Below the pieces are notes generated by a model. That model was not told where the DNA came from. It searched no databases and saw only the letters and a program-made list of their open reading frames with translations. The translations under genes were made by a program, and so were the position numbers. A stretch of DNA of 27,951 nt from a virus (taxonomy: Duplodnaviria > Caudoviricetes): IMG/VR virus record IMGVR_UViG_3300030104_004081, positions 1 through 27,951 of that record; one strand, written 5' to 3'. Below are positions 24,802 to 27,951 of the stretch, one piece after another (positions within the stretch are counted from its first letter, which is position 1; every line of letters starts with the position of its first letter).

Positions 24802-25011
24802 ATGAGCACCAACTCACGGATCGATCAGCTTGAGCAGATCATGGACTTCCTCAAAACGTCCCCGATCGACTTCGATATCTCTTCATTCCAGGCGGGTTAC
24901 GTCCACGTCAAGTTCGCGATGCCGCCAGCACGCGAAAAGAAGGAAGTGATCCACGGCCTCGAGGCAGCCCGTGCGGCACACGGTGACCGCCTGAAAGGTA
25001 ACGGCGCCTAG
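24802..25011 (+). CDS. Hypothetical protein
   Basis: AAGGAG RBS; its last codons (GNGA-stop) lie inside repeat copy 1. Confidence 0.7.
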   Translation: MSTNSRIDQLEQIMDFLKTSPIDFDISSFQAGYVHVKFAMPPAREKKEVIHGLEAARAAHGDRLKGNGA

Positions 25012-25104
25012 CCTCTACCCACATTGCGACGTATCGCCGAGAGCCCGGACCTACTCGCCGGGTTCGAGGCGTTAGTAGAAACACAAAATTGGAGACAACA
25101 GATG
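24996..25104 (+). repeat. Structured cassette repeat, copy 1 (109 bp; 62-bp core at 25018-25079)
   Basis: Identical to 25404-25512 except for one T/C change in the hairpin loop. Confidence 0.95.
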
Positions 25105-25419
25105 ACACAGAACTACACCCCAGGACCATGGCAGATAAATGATATGCGCCGTTTTGAACTCGAGAAGGTTGTTATCCAGAGCAGCGAAAGCGGCGGCATT
25201 GCCGAACTTGCACCTGACCGCAGTGGCGGTGAACTTCAATATGATTTGGGTGCCAATGCAGATCTGATCGCCGCCGCGCCGGAACTGTTCGAGGCGCTAA
25301 TTGATGTCATGGCAAACATCAATCACCCCAAAGGCTGGGACCCAATTCATCCAACATGCCAAGCCGCAATGAGAGATGCTGAAACGGCTATCGCCAAGGC
25401 GAGAGGTAACGGCGCCTAG
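25102..25419 (+). CDS. Conserved phage hypothetical protein (TPGPW...ANA.LIAAAPEL family)
   Basis: Family motifs recognised by eye; start reassigned to ATG 25102 after the GGAG RBS. Confidence 0.75.
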   Translation: MTQNYTPGPWQINDMRRFELEKVVIQSSESGGIAELAPDRSGGELQYDLGANADLIAAAPELFEALIDVMANINHPKGWDPIHPTCQAAMRDAETAIAKARGNGA

Positions 25420-25512
25420 CCTCTACCCACATTGCGACGTATCGCCGAGAGCCCGGACCCACTCGCCGGGTTCGAGGCGTTAGTAGAAACACAAAATTGG
25501 AGACAACAGATG
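25404..25512 (+). repeat. Structured cassette repeat, copy 2 (core at 25426-25487)
   Basis: Direct repeat of copy 1 at an offset of 408 bp. Confidence 0.95.
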
Positions 25513-25707
25513 CATATGAAAGATCGGGTCGAGGCGTGGATTAACTTGAACAGCGAGGTGGGTAACATCCTACGGGTAATCGATTCACTTCGGATAGTCG
25601 ACACCGCGCACAGGAGTTCGATTATGTCGGTTCTTGTCGAACAACACGACCGGACATCCAAGGCGCTCCTCGAGTCGCGCAAAGCCTTAATCGGCGACGA
25701 CGACTGA
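25510..25707 (+). CDS. Hypothetical protein
   Basis: RBS and ATG are supplied by repeat copy 2; the stop lies directly before copy 3. Confidence 0.65.
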   Translation: MHMKDRVEAWINLNSEVGNILRVIDSLRIVDTAHRSSIMSVLVEQHDRTSKALLESRKALIGDDD

Positions 25708-25712
25708 CCTTG

Positions 25713-25774
25713 CCCACATTGCGACGTATCGCCGAGAGCCCGGACCTACTCGCCGGGTTCGAGGCGTTAGTAGA
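25713..25774 (+). repeat. Structured cassette repeat, copy 3 (62-bp core only)
   Basis: Core identical to copy 1; flanks and RBS (AAGGA) differ. Confidence 0.95.
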
Positions 25775-25791
25775 CAAAGAAAGGATGAACA

Positions 25792-26190
25792 ATGAAAACG
25801 CATAGAGATGTACAACTGGCCTCTTGCTATACGAATCTGGTCAGTTGGATTCATTACAGAATGGATCCCAGCGGCCACACACGATGGCAGCCTGGGGACG
25901 GGGACCCGGTCATTGCCTCGCTGGATGAGTTTATACGGCTTTCCATGTGGGCACGTGTCATTGGATGTGCATCCCGAACCTATTCGGGAGTCCCGGCAAG
26001 CGATGCTCTGATCGCACGCGAGGCAATCAACATTCCAAAAAAGGTTCGCGATGCCGCGCTGAATTTCGCCGTGAATGATGGACTATTGGAGAGGCGTGAG
26101 GAGCACGGCGTCATGCGCTACCGCTCCACAGACTTGTTCGATTGGGTACTGGAGGGCCAGCCTGGGTATCAGGGGGGTGATTTAGGATGA
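25792..26190 (+). CDS. Hypothetical protein, possible winged helix
   Basis: AAGGA RBS; ALNFAVNDGLLERREE...RYR resembles a helix-plus-wing. Confidence 0.6.
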   Translation: MKTHRDVQLASCYTNLVSWIHYRMDPSGHTRWQPGDGDPVIASLDEFIRLSMWARVIGCASRTYSGVPASDALIAREAINIPKKVRDAALNFAVNDGLLERREEHGVMRYRSTDLFDWVLEGQPGYQGGDLG

Positions 26191-26699
26191 CTATTCTCGA
26201 TCACCGTCAGACGTGCGCGTATTGCGGCAAGGGTGCCGCCAGGCACACCGAGACGATTGGCTGGCGCGAAGGCAGGGAGTTTCCGGAGGGGTTCAACACG
26301 CGCGTCGAAAAGTCGACCAACCTCCGGGAGTACTGCGCCGGCCTGACCAACCATCAAATCATCAGGGTCGAATGGCACGCCCATCTCCCCGGTTGGTCTG
26401 ATGATGACGACCTGCACCGGGCGATGAACGATCGGATCGCGGAGATCTTCGGGGACATTGACCCCGACGACCTGGTGCTATGTGAACAAGCCGACGACTA
26501 CAGATATAATAACCAAAAGTTCAGGCTCGAGTTCGCGACCCACAAGGAGATCCACAAGGTCATTACGTGGGACGGTGAGAGCTACAGGCCCCTACCCTAC
26601 GGCGGCCGCGGTGCAGCCTTTTGCAAACAAGGGTGCGCCATCAACTTCGCCAACGCCGCTTTCGACGCCGGCTATCGGATTGTGGAGCGCGGACAATGA
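26187..26699 (+). CDS. Hypothetical protein with a probable split Zn-binding motif
   Basis: N-terminal CAYCGK and C-terminal FCKQGCA; ATGA coupling to the upstream gene. Confidence 0.7.
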   Translation: MTILDHRQTCAYCGKGAARHTETIGWREGREFPEGFNTRVEKSTNLREYCAGLTNHQIIRVEWHAHLPGWSDDDDLHRAMNDRIAEIFGDIDPDDLVLCEQADDYRYNNQKFRLEFATHKEIHKVITWDGESYRPLPYGGRGAAFCKQGCAINFANAAFDAGYRIVERGQ

Positions 26700-26881
26700 G
26701 AGTGCGACGCGCCGCAAGGTGGAAGACGGCCGGCAATGAAGCTTCCTGGCCAGACAACATCCGTGAACTGATAAGCCCTCCGTCACGCAAAGCCAGACGC
26801 GCAGCGCAGTCCAAAGCCAAGGGACAAAAACATAAGCTTCCGTCTCGGCCAAACAAGAGCGGCAAGACATTCGATCGGTGA
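26696..26881 (+). CDS. Small basic hypothetical protein
   Basis: ATG 26696 overlaps the upstream TGA; begins MRVRRAARWK. Confidence 0.5.
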   Translation: MRVRRAARWKTAGNEASWPDNIRELISPPSRKARRAAQSKAKGQKHKLPSRPNKSGKTFDR

Positions 26882-26916
26882 GGACGCCGGAGCGGACACT
26901 CCGACGCCCTCTTTTT
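26880..26916 (+). terminator. Possible intrinsic terminator
   Basis: Imperfect stem GAGGACGCCGGAG/CTCCGACGCCCTC followed by TTTTT. Confidence 0.4.
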
Positions 26917-26957
26917 GCAACCGGGGCATCTGCCCCAATTACAGAGAAGGGACTAAC

Positions 26958-27878
26958 ATGAACGTCATTAATTTCGAACGCAACCTGCCGGTCTTCGAGG
27001 AGCATCAGAGCTCCCCGATCCTGGCAGAGGTTGTTGCCCGACCCATGTGCGGGAAAGGCAGACGCGGCCAGGAGCTCCCGGCCAGCGGCATCGTCGGGAA
27101 CTACGCCTACCGTGACGGCGAGGCTCGTTTCCTGGGTGTTACCTCGAAGACCTTTAAGATCGTGCAGATGCGGGATCTTACCGACGGCGCGGAACGTGCA
27201 ATGCGGGACGTGCTTGGTGAGAAGGCTTTACAGAACGTCAAGGTCACCGATCGGATGGCCGGCAACGGCGCCTTTGTCGAGCGACGCTACACGATCGGCG
27301 ACGCGACGCGGAAGATCAATTACAGAGATGCCGGTATTCAGGTTGGCACGACCGTCGGCGCCGAGTTCCGGATCCGGACAGGCTTCGATGGCCAGACAGC
27401 CACGGCGCTCTCGACCGGCACCCTCGATCTGAGTTGTCTCAACGGCCAGGTGTCACTTCGAAATACCGACGCATTCGCGAAGCGTCATACGAAGAACGCA
27501 ACCGTGGAGATCTTCCTGGATTGGATAGAGGATGGGCTCGAACGCTTCGACGTGAAGATGGATCACCTTCAGCTTCTCGCCGACACCTCGGTCAGTTTTG
27601 AACAGGCCAAGGCTGTCATCCACAAGCTGCCCGGGATCTCAGAGGCGCGAGCCAAAGGGCTTATCGATCGCGTTGAGACCGAGATGGTCGACCGCGGCAG
27701 GAACGCCTACGCGGTCTTGAGTGCGCTGACCTACTACTCCTCACACAACAAGGATCAATTCAAGATCCGAAACACGGGTAACGACAACGTGGCTTCGACG
27801 CTGGCAGCGCGCGAGGTCGAGGTTCAAAGATGGGTCCGGTCGGATGTCTTCAAGTCCCTTCACCAAGAGGCAGCGTGA
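26958..27878 (+). CDS. DUF932/DUF945-like phage/plasmid protein
   Basis: LGV.S..FKIVQ, TGFDG, CLNG, KRHT and NAYAVLSALTYYSSH motifs. Confidence 0.75.
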   Translation: MNVINFERNLPVFEEHQSSPILAEVVARPMCGKGRRGQELPASGIVGNYAYRDGEARFLGVTSKTFKIVQMRDLTDGAERAMRDVLGEKALQNVKVTDRMAGNGAFVERRYTIGDATRKINYRDAGIQVGTTVGAEFRIRTGFDGQTATALSTGTLDLSCLNGQVSLRNTDAFAKRHTKNATVEIFLDWIEDGLERFDVKMDHLQLLADTSVSFEQAKAVIHKLPGISEARAKGLIDRVETEMVDRGRNAYAVLSALTYYSSHNKDQFKIRNTGNDNVASTLAAREVEVQRWVRSDVFKSLHQEAA

Positions 27879-27879
27879 C

Positions 27880-27951
27880 ATGACCGTCATCGAGATCCTG
27901 CGTGAAAAGGTATCCGAGGGGATCCTGACCCAGGACCAGGCCGTCGTGCGT
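27880..27951 (+). CDS. Hypothetical protein, partial; runs off the right edge
   Basis: ATG follows the preceding stop, with GAGG upstream; MTVIEILREKVSEGILTQDQAVVR. Confidence 0.5.
   Translation, partial: MTVIEILREKVSEGILTQDQAVVR

Noticed and set aside
25018-25079. Canonical hammerhead, HDV-like ribozyme or canonical attC
   Set aside because: CCGAGA/GAGG replace the required CUGANGA/GAAA core; the HDV P1 and P1.1 pairings cannot be built; RYYYAAC and L-box complementarity are imperfect and no intI gene is present.
25024-25101. Shared N-terminal peptide MRRIAESPD...WRQQ in two ORF-track proteins
   Set aside because: It comes from translating through the repeat from TTG; the RBS-supported starts are 25102 and 25510.
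25018-25774. CRISPR array interpretation of the three repeats
   Set aside because: The repeats are 62-109 bp and the spacers are whole genes of unequal length; the Cas4-like gene is the ordinary phage DUF2800 nuclease.
27864-27878. C-terminal Ala-Ala ClpXP degrons on several proteins (EAA, RAA)
   Set aside because: For the EAA endings the overlapping GAGG RBS of the next gene explains the codons; there is no independent support.
1-27951. Diversity-generating retroelement as in BPP-1
   Set aside because: No reverse transcriptase or adenine-variable template/variable repeat pair is visible; tail fibre genes lie outside the window.

Overview
A roughly 28 kb internal segment of a probably temperate podovirus-like dsDNA phage or prophage with BPP-1/APSE-like gene organisation. 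The host is most likely an alphaproteobacterium, inferred from a CtrA box, a DUF6456/GafZ-like regulator and an FtsZ-tail-like motif. The minus strand runs right to left through a Cro-like gene, RuvC-like resolvase, dATP/dGTP diphosphohydrolase, SNF2-like helicase, Cas4-like nuclease, putative SSB, a family A DNA polymerase split over two frames, primase-helicase, an iteron-rich origin, a DUF6456 late regulator, a late promoter with terminator, terS, terL, a GNAT, portal, scaffold, major capsid, two paralogous decoration-like proteins, tail adaptor, nozzle and internal virion proteins. The plus strand from 23.37 kb carries a wHTH gene, a short XRE repressor and an early operon of small genes. 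The strongest observations are: (1) three copies of a 62-109 bp structured repeat that separate single-gene cassettes; (2) a first early protein carrying a mimic of the FtsZ C-terminal peptide; (3) tandem NrdR-like boxes on the late promoter, which is followed at once by a terminator; (4) a CtrA box and four palindromic operators in the genetic switch; (5) the split polymerase; (6) a nested FCCH domain in the nozzle. No integrase, lysis genes, tRNA or CRISPR array is visible. All functional calls come from motif recognition by eye and synteny; no database search was run.
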